A DNA stretch of 64,000 bases from a virus. Below the pieces are notes generated by a model. It searched no databases and was not told the origin of the DNA. It was given only the letters and a program-made list of their open reading frames with translations. The DNA lies in the IMG/VR virus record IMGVR_UViG_3300036832_000855, positions 58,420 through 122,419 of that record. One strand, given 5' to 3'. Of the stretch, positions 19,095 to 28,450 are shown in pieces. The position numbers and the translations under genes are program-made. The stretch's first letter is position 1. Each line of letters starts with the position of its first letter.

Positions 19095-19624
19095 TTCGCC
19101 TCGCCCTGGGCCTTCAGCATCTGCTCTTCCATCACTCGCGTGAAGTCCCGGAGATCTGCGTCCAGGGCCGGGTCACCGGCCTCCAACACGGCAGCCGCCT
19201 TCTCGATCATGTGCGCGCCCTCGCTGCCCGGATGCCACACCCGGCGCGCGAACACGCGCATGCCCGTCAGCGGGTCGATCCACGACAGCGCCTGGTTGGG
19301 GGGGTGGGGCTCGATCAGGTACTTGCGATGCTGCGGGCCGAACAGCCCCGTCCCGTAGTTCACGTACGGCGCGTAGTCGACGTCCGTCTTGACCCTCCCC
19401 ACGTAGTGCCCTTCGCGCCCCGCAAGCTCGGCCGCCAGCTTGCCGGTCGTGTACCAGCTCGTGCGCAGGTTCCCGGTCCTGATCGGCGTGTACTCGGCGA
19501 TCAGGTCGTGCAGGCGATCGGTACCGGTGCTCGCCATGCGCCTGGCCGACTCCCGCGCCGGTTCGGGCGCGAAGGCGTTGGAGAGGCTCGGCCCGTAGTA
19601 CTTGGCTTCGAGCGCGGCCGCTAT
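19091..19624 (-). CDS. HK97 gp10-like neck/tail completion protein
   Basis: TPIRTGNLRTSW, VDYAPYVNYGTG and VWHPG motifs; start uncertain (in-frame ATA at 19624 or a downstream ATG). Confidence 0.8.
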   Translation of the reverse strand: MAAALEAKYYGPSLSNAFAPEPARESARRMASTGTDRLHDLIAEYTPIRTGNLRTSWYTTGKLAAELAGREGHYVGRVKTDVDYAPYVNYGTGLFGPQHRKYLIEPHPPNQALSWIDPLTGMRVFARRVWHPGSEGAHMIEKAAAVLEAGDPALDADLRDFTRVMEEQMLKAQGEAK

Positions 19625-20019
19625 AGCTCGGCCCTCTCGAACGGATGCTCTTCCACGCGGGTGATGTTCGCCATCCAGCCGATCAGCTTGCGCTTCTTGC
19701 GGATCGGCTCGCCATCGGAGGTGATCTCGTACAGCGCATCGCCGAGCTGCTTGGAGTTGACCCACAGCCGGTCCGCTGCGCTGATCGTCACCACGCCGCC
19801 GTCGAAGTCCTTGACGCCGCACAGGATCGTGCCGGGGTGCGGTACGCGCCGACGCCCCGCCTGCGGATCGTCGGACTCGGGCGCTGGCGAGAGCTGCAGA
19901 CGGACCTTGAACCACGGGCCGTTCAACGTCCGGAAGATGGTCGTGCCCTCGACCTTCTCGCCGGTCGGCGTCTCGGTCACGCGCCGGGCTCGGTCGACCA
20001 GCGCGGCGTTGAGCGACAC
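19621..20019 (-). CDS. Head closure (stopper) protein
   Basis: GTG start at 20019; ADRLWV...LYEITSDGEP; canonical position. Confidence 0.65.
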   Translation of the reverse strand: MSLNAALVDRARRVTETPTGEKVEGTTIFRTLNGPWFKVRLQLSPAPESDDPQAGRRRVPHPGTILCGVKDFDGGVVTISAADRLWVNSKQLGDALYEITSDGEPIRKKRKLIGWMANITRVEEHPFERAEL

Positions 20020-20020
20020 C

Positions 20021-20860
20021 CTACGCGCCCCAGACGGTCGGGTCGAGCACCGGCCCTTGGAACGCACCGACGCCGTGGGAGTACGGGTACAGCCCGTCAT
20101 AGTTGCCCCAATCGGCCTCGGTGACCTCGAAGGTAGGGATGCTCGCGTTCTGCAGGACGAACCGCCAGTACTGCTGCATCTCGGGCGTGCAGAGCAGCCA
20201 GATGTCGGTGTTGAGCCGCGGGTCCGGGTTGATGTCTGGCAGGCCGATCGGCATGACGTTGCGCCGCGTCGCGCGTCCCGGCTCCTTCCGGGTCTCGGAG
20301 TAGTTGCCCGCCGTGAACGACTGGATCAGGTCGTCGGCCGACGTCTCGACGTAGTCAGGCTGGCTCTTGAACACCTCCTGCTCGACCTCAAGCTGGTAGG
20401 CGTCCTGCGCAATCGGCACGAGCGGCGGCGGCATCGTCGCGTCCATGGCCCGGCCGGTGACCGCGGTCAGGTACGCCGTCGCCCGGACGATCTGGATCTG
20501 TAGCTCGGCGTCGGTGTACGGCGCGTCGAGCGACGAGAAGTCGATCCGGCTCCAGCTCTGGAGGTCAGCGACGCTCGGCGGCAACGCAGTCGGTGGGGGC
20601 GCTGCCAGGATCGGCCCCCACCCGGTGGTCATCGCCGAAGCCGACGAACTGTCCACGCTACTGGAGACCGTCACCGTGCATGTGATCGTCGTCCCAAGGT
20701 CCGACGCGACCAGCGTGAGGATGCCGCTGCTTCCGGTGTCGGTCCCGTTGCTCCACACGTAGTGGAACGTGTCGCCACCGCCCTGCGACACCAGGCACTG
20801 CACCGACCCGCCGACGAACATATCGCCGTCGAGGACCGCAGAGGTGATCGTTACGGGCAC
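20021..20860 (-). CDS. Head-tail adaptor with N-terminal Ig-like domain
   Basis: FHYVWS...LVASDLGTTITCTVTV Ig-like strands, then helical adaptor-like region with QSFTAGNYSET. Confidence 0.65.
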   Translation of the reverse strand: MPVTITSAVLDGDMFVGGSVQCLVSQGGGDTFHYVWSNGTDTGSSGILTLVASDLGTTITCTVTVSSSVDSSSASAMTTGWGPILAAPPPTALPPSVADLQSWSRIDFSSLDAPYTDAELQIQIVRATAYLTAVTGRAMDATMPPPLVPIAQDAYQLEVEQEVFKSQPDYVETSADDLIQSFTAGNYSETRKEPGRATRRNVMPIGLPDINPDPRLNTDIWLLCTPEMQQYWRFVLQNASIPTFEVTEADWGNYDGLYPYSHGVGAFQGPVLDPTVWGA

Positions 20861-20881
20861 GGCCCAGGCCGCCCCTCTTGT

Positions 20882-21322
20882 CTACCGGGCCGCTGCTGTG
20901 CGGCGACCGCTCGCGGACTCGGCCTTCTCGGCGTCCTTCTCCTCGGCCTTGGCAGCCTTCTCCTCGGCCTTCTCCTCCTGCTTGGGCGCGAGCCGCTCGG
21001 CCTGCTTCTCGTGGCCCTTGCGCTGCACCGCCTCCTTGACGACGTTGCCGTCCTCGTCCTCGTAGACGACCACCACGAACGGGCCGCGCACCGCAAAGCC
21101 GAGCACCACGATCTCGCCCTCAGCCTCGACCAGCCCCGCGGCCTCGTCCTCGTCCATCTCGTCGGTCGCCGCCTGGTCGACCGGGCGGTTGTTCGCTGCG
21201 CGCAGCTCGGCGGACCAGCGCGCCGCGTTGTCCGCGATCATCTCCTCGGCGTTGGGTGCTTCGCCGGTCCGAGCTGCCAGCTCGGTGCCCGCCGCTTCGG
21301 CATCGTTACCTCTCGGGCTCAT
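20882..21322 (-). CDS. Hypothetical acidic protein after the major capsid gene
   Basis: AAGGAG ribosome-binding site; Glu/Lys/Ala-rich tail. Confidence 0.6.
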   Translation of the reverse strand: MSPRGNDAEAAGTELAARTGEAPNAEEMIADNAARWSAELRAANNRPVDQAATDEMDEDEAAGLVEAEGEIVVLGFAVRGPFVVVVYEDEDGNVVKEAVQRKGHEKQAERLAPKQEEKAEEKAAKAEEKDAEKAESASGRRTAAAR

Positions 21323-21361
21323 GCTGTCTCCTTCGTTCGATGTGACCTGAGGCTACCCGCG

Positions 21362-22426
21362 TTACGGCACGATGGCGCGGTACGCCCCGCGCGGGTCGAC
21401 CGGGGCCACGCCGAAGTCCGAGCGGACCTTGAAGTCCACCGAGTCCAGCTCGAACTGGTACGGATCGGTTCCGGCGCCGAGCGCCATGCGAACCATCGGG
21501 TCCTTCAGCATCACCTGCGGCTCGCTCTGCCCGTTGAGGAAACCCACAGCGAACGCTGGGACGTCACCCGGGTCCGCGAACAGGTACCAGTCGTTGGCGT
21601 CCGAGAACCACGGGTCGCGGATGATGCCGTCGGCGGGAAGGATCCCGGCCAGCGGGTTGATCGTGCCCTTGTCGAACACGTTCGACCCGACACCGGCCGC
21701 GCCCGTGTACTGGATGTTCACGCCAGTCTGGGCGGAGTTGAGGATCCGCTGCGCGATGAGCTGCATCCGTGCGTTCTTGACCACCATGATCTGCGGCGTA
21801 ACGACGATCTGCCGCCCGTCGTCGTCGAGCTGTCCTTCCATGTACGCGATGGCGTCCGCGAGCGCGTCCTCCGCCAGCGGCGTGACCACCTGGTTGGTGC
21901 GGCCGCCCGCGCCGGTGCTGTAGAACGGGTTGCCGTCCACCCAGTTGCCGGGGTTCTGGATCATGGCGATCACGGCCTGGAGGATGAACACCCCCGCCGC
22001 GTAGCCCATGTCGGCCGGGTTGCGGTTCAGCAGCTCGTTGGAGTCGTCGTTGATGATCGCCTGCCGGGTGATCGAGTACACGCCGCCGTACGTGTCGACC
22101 GCCAACCGGACTGCCGGGCGCTCCGACCGGGTCAGGGCCGTGTAGTTGCCGTGGTCGCCCACGTACCCGATCCCGAGCAGGCCGTTCAGGCCGCGCAGGC
22201 GTCGGTCGCGGAAGTCCGGTGCGGACTCCTGGCGGGTATAGCGCTGATACTGCGCCTGAGCGCGGCTGTAGCCGGTCCACATCGACTGGCGGACTGGGCC
22301 GTACAGGAAGGACGGGAAGTCGGCCTTAGAGTCGGCCTCCTCCAGGACACGCTCGTCCCGCCATTCGCGATACGCCTCAAGCAGCCGGATCGGCCGCCCG
22401 AACACGCCGTATGGATTGCCGTTCAT
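21362..22426 (-). CDS. Major capsid protein (Mu gpT-like, HK97 fold)
   Basis: ADFPSFL, TYGGVYSITRQAIINDD, WYLFADP, VGFLNGQSEP, FKVRSDFG..VDPRGAY. Confidence 0.92.
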   Translation of the reverse strand: MNGNPYGVFGRPIRLLEAYREWRDERVLEEADSKADFPSFLYGPVRQSMWTGYSRAQAQYQRYTRQESAPDFRDRRLRGLNGLLGIGYVGDHGNYTALTRSERPAVRLAVDTYGGVYSITRQAIINDDSNELLNRNPADMGYAAGVFILQAVIAMIQNPGNWVDGNPFYSTGAGGRTNQVVTPLAEDALADAIAYMEGQLDDDGRQIVVTPQIMVVKNARMQLIAQRILNSAQTGVNIQYTGAAGVGSNVFDKGTINPLAGILPADGIIRDPWFSDANDWYLFADPGDVPAFAVGFLNGQSEPQVMLKDPMVRMALGAGTDPYQFELDSVDFKVRSDFGVAPVDPRGAYRAIVP

Positions 22427-22528
22427 CGTTGCTCCTTGGGTATGTGACTGTGATCCCCGCCAAGGCGCAACGCGCCCATGATGATGCCCGAGGGCCGACT
22501 CAGCCGGGTGGGGGAACCGGGCTGAGAA

Positions 22529-22942
22529 CTAGACGAAGCTGTCCTTCGTATCCAGGTCGATACGGACCTTTCCCGGCGGCGTACCGCGCGGCCCGCCCGC
22601 CCCGCCTGCGGGACCACCGTTCTCGACGATCCGGCCGAACTTCGGGCTGCCGGTGGCCGTCACAAGGTTGTTGGTCGCGTTGATGTAGATCGGCGTGCCC
22701 ATCGCAGCGGCAGCGATACCGGCGTCGGCGTTGGACACCTGGACCACGCCCTTCGTGATGATGAAGTACGGCTCGCCTGCGTCGATGACCGCCTGATTGG
22801 CGAGTCCCTGATCCCACGCCCGCTGCTTCTGCTTGACCGCGACGCCGACGAAGCCGGACGCGACGTGGTTGACCGCCTGTCCGTGATTGAGGGTGGCCGC
22901 GGCGGTGACGTAGACACCGGAGCCTGGGCGGTTATACGGCAT
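22529..22942 (-). CDS. Capsid decoration/cement protein (DUF2190-like)
   Basis: FVGVAV...KGVVQV...GTPIYI pattern; lies between scaffold and major capsid genes. Confidence 0.75.
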   Translation of the reverse strand: MPYNRPGSGVYVTAAATLNHGQAVNHVASGFVGVAVKQKQRAWDQGLANQAVIDAGEPYFIITKGVVQVSNADAGIAAAAMGTPIYINATNNLVTATGSPKFGRIVENGGPAGGAGGPRGTPPGKVRIDLDTKDSFV

Positions 22943-22970
22943 GACTCACTCCTTTCTGGCCCCGATGGCC

Positions 22971-24464
22971 TCAGTCGTCCCACGCTGTCGAGGGATCGAC
23001 ACCCGATTCCTGAAGGAGAGCGCCGTAGAGCGTTCCCTCGCCCTTCTTCGGCTCCTCGCCGTCCTCACCGCGCTTGCCGGGAGCACCCGGCCCCTGGCCG
23101 CGAACGGTCGCCGGGTTCGCCGCCGCGAGCAGCTCGCGCTGATCCTGGACGGTGGTGTCCACCGCCTCCTGGAGCTTGGCGGCTGCCTTCTTGGTGACGT
23201 TGCCGTCGTCGTCGACATCGTCGACCACGTCCAGCTTCGGCGTCGGACCGTCATCGCCGATCTCGAACTGCGCCTTGGCGCGATCCGAGAACGCTCCCGG
23301 AAGCTTGGCCTCGCTGATTCGCCGGTGAGCCGCGTCGCGCATGTCCCGCAGCTCAAGCTGTCGATCAGCGTCAGCGCGCGCCTCCGCGCGGATCAGCTCC
23401 CGCTCGCCCGCTACCGCCGACTCGACCAGCGTCTTGACGCGCTGCTCGACCATCGGCTCGACGATTTCATCGAGTGCACTCCGGAAGTCCTCACTTTGGA
23501 GAGCCTCCTGGAGCGCCTCTGGGGTGATGCCCATGTCTGTCTCCTCTGTGTTGGCTTCCTGCGTCTGCTTGGCGAGCGCCTGCTTCGCCATCGCCTCGGC
23601 CTGGCCCCGGCTGAGCTTCGGGTTGCGCTTCAGCAGCCGCGCGACCATCTCCTCCAGCTCGTCGTCGCCCTGGTCCGACGCGTCCTCCGCGTCGCCGTCG
23701 CCCTGCTCGGTGAGTAGGTGCGGGCGGACCTCTTCGACGTAGGCGATGAACTCCTCGTCGGTCATCGACTCCAGCAATCCCATCCCGTCCTCCTCGTAGG
23801 CAGCCTCCATCAACGCGACGACGCGGCCGCCAGCGCCCGCCTCAGTCACCCAGTCAACGCTTCCGCGATCTTCGATGCCCTCGACCAGCCACGCCCGGCG
23901 GCCGTCACGCATGATCGGCTGCACGCCGGTGGCGTTCGCGGAGATCGAAGCCTCGACCAGCTCCGGGTCGTTCTCAGCCAGCTCGCGGATGAACGGTGTC
24001 GGCAGCGACCACCCGACCACGGCCCCCTGGCCGAATCCCTTTCCCGCATCGGGTGGCACGCTGCCGTCCCAGTAACTCTCGACGATCCGCCCGCCCAGGT
24101 CACGGATCGAGCGCGGCAGGCCTTTGGCTGCGCGCCGCGCCTCTGGAGAGAGGTGGTCGATGTACTGCCGCCAGCCCGCGAACTTGTGGGCGTTCTCCTC
24201 CAGCATCTTGGCCTCGTAGAGGTGACGGCCCTTGCCCTTGCCGAGGCATGGCCGCAGGATGTGGAGCGGCAGCAGCTTGGAGCGTTCCTGCTCCTCGCGC
24301 GCGGTGGCCTCTTCGAGACCCACGCCGCGGTCGACGAGCCGCTGGACACGCTCTTCCTGCAGCTCGACGGGGAACGGAACGGCCGTGCGCGGGAGCGCGT
24401 ACATCGCCTCCCGCAGCTCAAGTGTTTCTGTTGGGGGGGCTGTGGTGACCGCGGTGGCACTCAT
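22971..24464 (-). CDS. Prohead protease fused to scaffold
   Basis: YIDH...RSIRDLGG...SISA...SVDWVTEAGAGG protease-like N-terminal half; acidic coiled-coil C-terminal half with many LxE(A/S) sites. Confidence 0.85.
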   Translation of the reverse strand: MSATAVTTAPPTETLELREAMYALPRTAVPFPVELQEERVQRLVDRGVGLEEATAREEQERSKLLPLHILRPCLGKGKGRHLYEAKMLEENAHKFAGWRQYIDHLSPEARRAAKGLPRSIRDLGGRIVESYWDGSVPPDAGKGFGQGAVVGWSLPTPFIRELAENDPELVEASISANATGVQPIMRDGRRAWLVEGIEDRGSVDWVTEAGAGGRVVALMEAAYEEDGMGLLESMTDEEFIAYVEEVRPHLLTEQGDGDAEDASDQGDDELEEMVARLLKRNPKLSRGQAEAMAKQALAKQTQEANTEETDMGITPEALQEALQSEDFRSALDEIVEPMVEQRVKTLVESAVAGERELIRAEARADADRQLELRDMRDAAHRRISEAKLPGAFSDRAKAQFEIGDDGPTPKLDVVDDVDDDGNVTKKAAAKLQEAVDTTVQDQRELLAAANPATVRGQGPGAPGKRGEDGEEPKKGEGTLYGALLQESGVDPSTAWDD

Positions 24465-24494
24465 GCAGCCCGATACTACGGCGGGCTGCGCGCC

Positions 24495-24749
24495 CTACCC
24501 CAGATGGATTCTGCGGACCTCGCGCCAGTCAATGCGGCGCCAATGCACCACCTGGTCGACGTCGTCGTAGTCGGCCTCGATGACGCTCAGGCCCCAGGGC
24601 GCATACGGCTCCGGGCTGTTGGCCGGATCGAACTCACGCGCGCGCCGCTCGATCACGCCCTGCGCCTCGGCGAGAGTCAGCGTGGGCTCGCCGTTGACGG
24701 GCACCGGTTCGCCGCTGTCGTTGTGGATGACCTGGAAGTAGCGGGTCAT
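24495..24749 (-). CDS. Hypothetical protein
   Basis: Part of an overlapping small-gene cassette. Confidence 0.55.
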   Translation of the reverse strand: MTRYFQVIHNDSGEPVPVNGEPTLTLAEAQGVIERRAREFDPANSPEPYAPWGLSVIEADYDDVDQVVHWRRIDWREVRRIHLG

Positions 24750-25003
24750 CTCTCTGCTCGCAGCGCTCGGACCAGCTCCCGCGTGGGCACATCGAGCGGG
24801 TCCATGCGGTCGTAGCCCGCGGTCGGGTGGCGCCGGTGCAGGAGCGCGAGCATGTCCCGGCGGCGCGTCAGCAGGGCGGCGCGCGCGCCGTGCGGCTTCT
24901 TGATCGTGATGTAGCGGCCCTGCCTGCGCGCTCGGATGTCAACGCAGCGCTCGCCAATGTCGGCGTCACAGGCTGGGCAGCGGTGTGTCTCGGCTAGCTG
25001 CAT
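24746..25003 (-). CDS. Small Zn-finger protein
   Basis: CPAC...C...H; start MQLAET overlapping the upstream stop. Confidence 0.55.
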   Translation of the reverse strand: MQLAETHRCPACDADIGERCVDIRARRQGRYITIKKPHGARAALLTRRRDMLALLHRRHPTAGYDRMDPLDVPTRELVRALRAER

Positions 25004-25239
25004 CAGTAGCCCTCCTCGTGTCGCTCGATCCAGGCCATCTCGGCGTCGTAGGCGCCGCGGGCCGGGTCGTCGTAGGTCACGTACTCGTGCCCGGCGGCGC
25101 ACCGCCAGGACCCGTGCTCGTTGACGGTCAGCTCAGCGCCGCACTCGACCTCCTTCCAGAGGTCTTCGGGGAAGTCCGGCTCGGGGTTGCCGCTGGCGAC
25201 TCGGATCAGCCAGTGGCAGCGGTCGGGTTCGGCGCTCAT
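25003..25239 (-). CDS. Hypothetical Zn-ribbon protein
   Basis: Start MSAEPDRC; ECGAEL...WRCAAGH. Confidence 0.55.
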   Translation of the reverse strand: MSAEPDRCHWLIRVASGNPEPDFPEDLWKEVECGAELTVNEHGSWRCAAGHEYVTYDDPARGAYDAEMAWIERHEEGY

Positions 25240-25379
25240 GCGGCCGCTCCTTTCACGGCCACGTCGATAATGGCCGCGCCGTCCGCGTACTTCTTCAGCT
25301 TCGCGACAGCGGCCTCGACGGTCTTGCCCTTGCCGGACCGGATCGCTCCGGTGGCGAAGGTCACCTTCACCTTGATCAT
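25236..25379 (-). CDS. 47-aa hypothetical protein
   Basis: MIKVKVTFATG... behind a CGACCGAGGAGG ribosome-binding site and the repeated promoter; below the ORF-track cutoff. Confidence 0.55.
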   Translation of the reverse strand: MIKVKVTFATGAIRSGKGKTVEAAVAKLKKYADGAAIIDVAVKGAAA

Positions 25380-25424
25380 CTGGCCTCCTCGGTCGGGGGA
25401 GCGGGCTCACCGGCCCGCACCTAC

Positions 25425-25453
25425 ATCGTAGCACACGACGTGCGCTACGGCAA
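25425..25453 (-). promoter_or_regulatory. SigA-like promoter with palindromic operator in the spacer
   Basis: TTGCCG-TAGCGCACGTCGTGTGC(17)-TACGAT. Confidence 0.8.
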
Positions 25454-25458
25454 GTGCC

Positions 25459-26910
25459 CTACGACCACTTCGTCCGCAGGTAGCTTTCGAGCTTCTGGCG
25501 CTCGACGTCGGTCAGGACGTGGTCGTAGAGTGCGAACTCCGCGACCTGCCCGTTCCAGCAGTAGTTGCCGTCGAAGTACGTGCCGAGGAGAGCGTCGGTG
25601 CCGAGCGAGGGGATTGGCCAGTGGTTGTCGCCGTTCGGCCCGAGGTTGTAGGACGTGATCTCGCTGCCGTTCATCCACAGGCGGGTGTTGCTGGGATCGG
25701 CGGTGACGGACACGAGATTCCACGCGCCGGTCAGCGGTCCGACCGGCATCGTCATCATCCGGTAGTGCCCGCCGGTGACGCCGACATAGATGCCCGTCGA
25801 GTCGTCTTCGAGGATCCAGTTCCACGCGGCGTTGGTCGGCGCGCACATCAGGATGGGGTAGCCCGAGAACGCCAGCGGATAAACCATGTAGACGGCGCTG
25901 AACGCACTGCGTCCGCTCAGCTCGGCCCCTAGACCGGCGATGGTCATGCCCGAGCCATTGGACCCGGAGAACGCCGCCCAAGAAAGCCCGTTCGGCGAGA
26001 GTCGCCTTGCGGGCTGGTCGGTAGGCGAGATCGCTATGCAGTCGTGACCCTTACCACTCAGGTCGGGCCACGTGCTGATCAGACTGTCGACGGCTCCGGG
26101 TAGCTGCGACGCGTCGAGCCAGAACAGCAGGCCGGGCACCGTCTTCGGCGCTGGCGGGAGCCACTTGTTCGTCAGGTAGCCCTCGATCTGCTGGCGCTCA
26201 GGATCGGTGAGCACGCGGTTGTAGACGACGATCTCGCAGAACTCGCAGTCACACGTCTCCTGCCCGGCGGTTGGGTTGTAGCCCGAGATCGTGAGCGCGT
26301 CCGCCGGACCAGTGCCGAAACCGAATGCGCCGAGCGGGTTGCCGTGCTCCCAAAGGTGGTCGCCGGTCGTTGCGTCCCAGTCGCCCGTGTACTGCTTCCA
26401 GAGATAGCCGTTCGCGTCCCAGCTCTTGCCAGTGTTGCCGGGGCCGTTGTCGTAGAACCAGTCGTAATAGTTGGTGTGGTAGCCGAGGACCCAGTTCGAG
26501 TCGCCGGGATAGATGCTGCCGACGACGCGGCCGGGTGAGTTGCTCGTCTGGAGCATTCGGGCGACGTAGCTGAGGGTGCCGCTCGTCGTGACCCCCGTCC
26601 CGGTCATGCGGAATCCGGCCTCGCTGGTCGAGAACCGAACGCACGGCAGCCCGCCTGGCGTGTCCGCCGCCTTCATCTTCGGCATCGGCACGCCGGTCTG
26701 CATGCTGCCCTGCGCACCTCCCGGCGCGAGGTTCGGCAGCGTGCTCACGTTCGCGCCGTCCGCCAGGCCGAGCTGGGAGGCGTCCAGCCAGACCGCCAGG
26801 CCCGGCAACCGCCTCGGCACCGGCGGCCACACCTGCGTGGCGCCAACGTACGCGGCAGACGCCTGCGCTGAGCCGAGACGAACCGCGCTCGCGGTGTTCA
26901 GCAGCGTCAT
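25459..26910 (-). CDS. Virion-type protein with two LamG/concanavalin-like domains
   Basis: Two repeats PGLxxWLDASQL...Exx(V/L)YxxVLTDxERQxxExYLxxKW. Confidence 0.75.
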   Translation of the reverse strand: MTLLNTASAVRLGSAQASAAYVGATQVWPPVPRRLPGLAVWLDASQLGLADGANVSTLPNLAPGGAQGSMQTGVPMPKMKAADTPGGLPCVRFSTSEAGFRMTGTGVTTSGTLSYVARMLQTSNSPGRVVGSIYPGDSNWVLGYHTNYYDWFYDNGPGNTGKSWDANGYLWKQYTGDWDATTGDHLWEHGNPLGAFGFGTGPADALTISGYNPTAGQETCDCEFCEIVVYNRVLTDPERQQIEGYLTNKWLPPAPKTVPGLLFWLDASQLPGAVDSLISTWPDLSGKGHDCIAISPTDQPARRLSPNGLSWAAFSGSNGSGMTIAGLGAELSGRSAFSAVYMVYPLAFSGYPILMCAPTNAAWNWILEDDSTGIYVGVTGGHYRMMTMPVGPLTGAWNLVSVTADPSNTRLWMNGSEITSYNLGPNGDNHWPIPSLGTDALLGTYFDGNYCWNGQVAEFALYDHVLTDVERQKLESYLRTKWS

Positions 26911-27413
26911 CCGACGATCACGTACAGCGTGCTCGGATTAGGCGGCGATAGCGCGTTGTACGCGGCCTGCGTGATCTGCGTCCACGGACCGGGTGGTCCC
27001 TGCACGCCCTGGGCGCCCTGCGGCCCCTGCACGCCCTGCATGCCGTGAATCGCCATCACCGACCAGTAGGTCTCGGTCGTGTCGGTCGTCGGGTCGACGC
27101 CGGTGCTGGGCTGCAAGGCGATGTACGAGGTCCCATCGGAGCCGGTCGTCACGTCGTCGAGCACGTAGCTGGTGCCAGCGTGCCACGAGCCGCGGTAGAT
27201 GAACGACTGACCTGCCGACCCCATCGGTCCCTGCACGCCCTGCGGCCCTTGCGGACCCTGCGCGCCGGTTGCGCCCTGCGCGCCGGTCTGCCCTATCGGC
27301 CCGGTCGGACCAGCGGGACCGGCGGACGTGACGACCTCGACAGACGCACCCGCGGGCGGGGTGACCTCGACGGCCGCTGCCGACCCGATGACCTGGACGC
27401 TGCCGGTGCTCAC
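26907..27413 (-). CDS. Collagen-repeat protein with a CBM5/12-like module
   Basis: GxY repeats flanking YRGSWHAGTSYVLDDV..GTSYIA..YW; C-terminal ITQAAYNAL..TLYVI. Confidence 0.75.
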   Translation of the reverse strand: MSTGSVQVIGSAAAVEVTPPAGASVEVVTSAGPAGPTGPIGQTGAQGATGAQGPQGPQGVQGPMGSAGQSFIYRGSWHAGTSYVLDDVTTGSDGTSYIALQPSTGVDPTTDTTETYWSVMAIHGMQGVQGPQGAQGVQGPPGPWTQITQAAYNALSPPNPSTLYVIVG

Positions 27414-28120
27414 GGGGTCACGTCCGGATCGACCAGGAGCTGGCCCTTGATCCAGGTCGTGACCGCGCTGGTGGTGTCGGTCACCTGCACGTCGTAGTCG
27501 TAGGCGCCGACCGCGAGCGCGCCCGTCGGCGCGGAGATCTGCAGCCGCCCGTCCACGGCGTTGAGGATCGTGACCGTCAGCGCCGTCGTGACGTCCTGTG
27601 CGTCGACGACGGACGAGGCAACCGTCGCGCCGGTCAGGTCAACCGGCGCGCCCGCCTGGAGTAGCCGGAACGCCTGAGCCCACGTGTCGCCGTGGTAGAT
27701 CCGGAAGTCGAACTCGACCGGTAGTCCGATCCCCTCGATCGCGCCCGGCGCGCCCGCCGAGAGGTTCCCGAGGATCTGCAGCTCCAGGTAGCTGTCGTTC
27801 GGGATTCGCGCGTACACGTTCCCGGTGGCGTCGTAGAGCGCGAACTCGACGTTGTAGATCCCGGTCGAGTCGGTGTCACCCGACGCCCAGTCGTACTCGC
27901 ACACGCCGACGTCGGTGCCGGTGTCCGCGTCGCCCACCTGGATCGTGGCCGCCAGCTTGTCGACGGTCGGCTGGTCCTGTCCGCGCAGGCACATGACGAA
28001 GTTCACGTGGTCGGCCAGGCTCAGGTCGACCGGGCTCTTGTCGGCGTTGCGCAGCGTCGCGCGGTAAGGCGGTGAGGTGGCGCCGCGCTTGATCTTCCAC
28101 GGGCCGGTGAGAAGCGCCAT
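27410..28120 (-). CDS. BppU-like (baseplate upper/adapter) protein with two Ig-like domains
   Basis: IKRGAT...VDLS...GVCEYDWASGDT..GIYNVEF and IYHGDTW...VDLTGA...YDYDVQV. Confidence 0.7.
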   Translation of the reverse strand: MALLTGPWKIKRGATSPPYRATLRNADKSPVDLSLADHVNFVMCLRGQDQPTVDKLAATIQVGDADTGTDVGVCEYDWASGDTDSTGIYNVEFALYDATGNVYARIPNDSYLELQILGNLSAGAPGAIEGIGLPVEFDFRIYHGDTWAQAFRLLQAGAPVDLTGATVASSVVDAQDVTTALTVTILNAVDGRLQISAPTGALAVGAYDYDVQVTDTTSAVTTWIKGQLLVDPDVTP

Positions 28121-28158
28121 GACCGGGATCGTAAGAGCCGCGGCGGCCCTCGCCCCAG

Positions 28159-28335
28159 TTAGCTTTCGGCCAGCGCCTCGGGGCTGGTCACATCGACCAG
28201 GGTGGCCGGGTCGACGATGTCGGCATACGCACGCGGGTTGGCCACGTCCGCGTAGGCGGACGGATCCTCGACGTCGGCGTACGCGCGGGGCGCCTCGACG
28301 TCGGCGTAGACCGGCGGCTCCAGCGGGTCGGACAC
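28159..28335 (-). CDS. Small protein made of five 9-aa repeats
   Basis: GTG start at 28335; PVYADVEAP/RAYADVEDP/SAYADVANP/RAYADIVDP/ATLVDVTSP. Confidence 0.55.
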   Translation of the reverse strand: MSDPLEPPVYADVEAPRAYADVEDPSAYADVANPRAYADIVDPATLVDVTSPEALAES

Positions 28336-28450
28336 TTCGGTGAGGCTACCCCTCAAGCTGGCGGGACGATGTGGGATCGGATTCCTGCTCGCCGGGCGAC
28401 GGGGCGTACCCTGCGGTGAGATGGCACGCCGTCTGGCAAGGGCGACATGA

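Noticed and set aside
16101-24464. Tailocin or eCIS rather than a phage
   Set aside because: Capsid, protease, neck, SSB, sigma and tRNA genes indicate a complete phage.
2282-24815. Long plus-strand ORFs in the track (e.g. 2282-4390, 4466-6877, 12294-14555, 20762-22447)
   Set aside because: They are antisense shadows of clear minus-strand virion genes; GC-rich DNA lacks stop codons and the translations are Arg/Pro-rich with no recognisable motifs.
28190-28320. CRISPR-like or RiPP-precursor repeat
   Set aside because: The 27-nt units are in-frame coding repeats without spacers; no cas or peptide-modifying genes are nearby.
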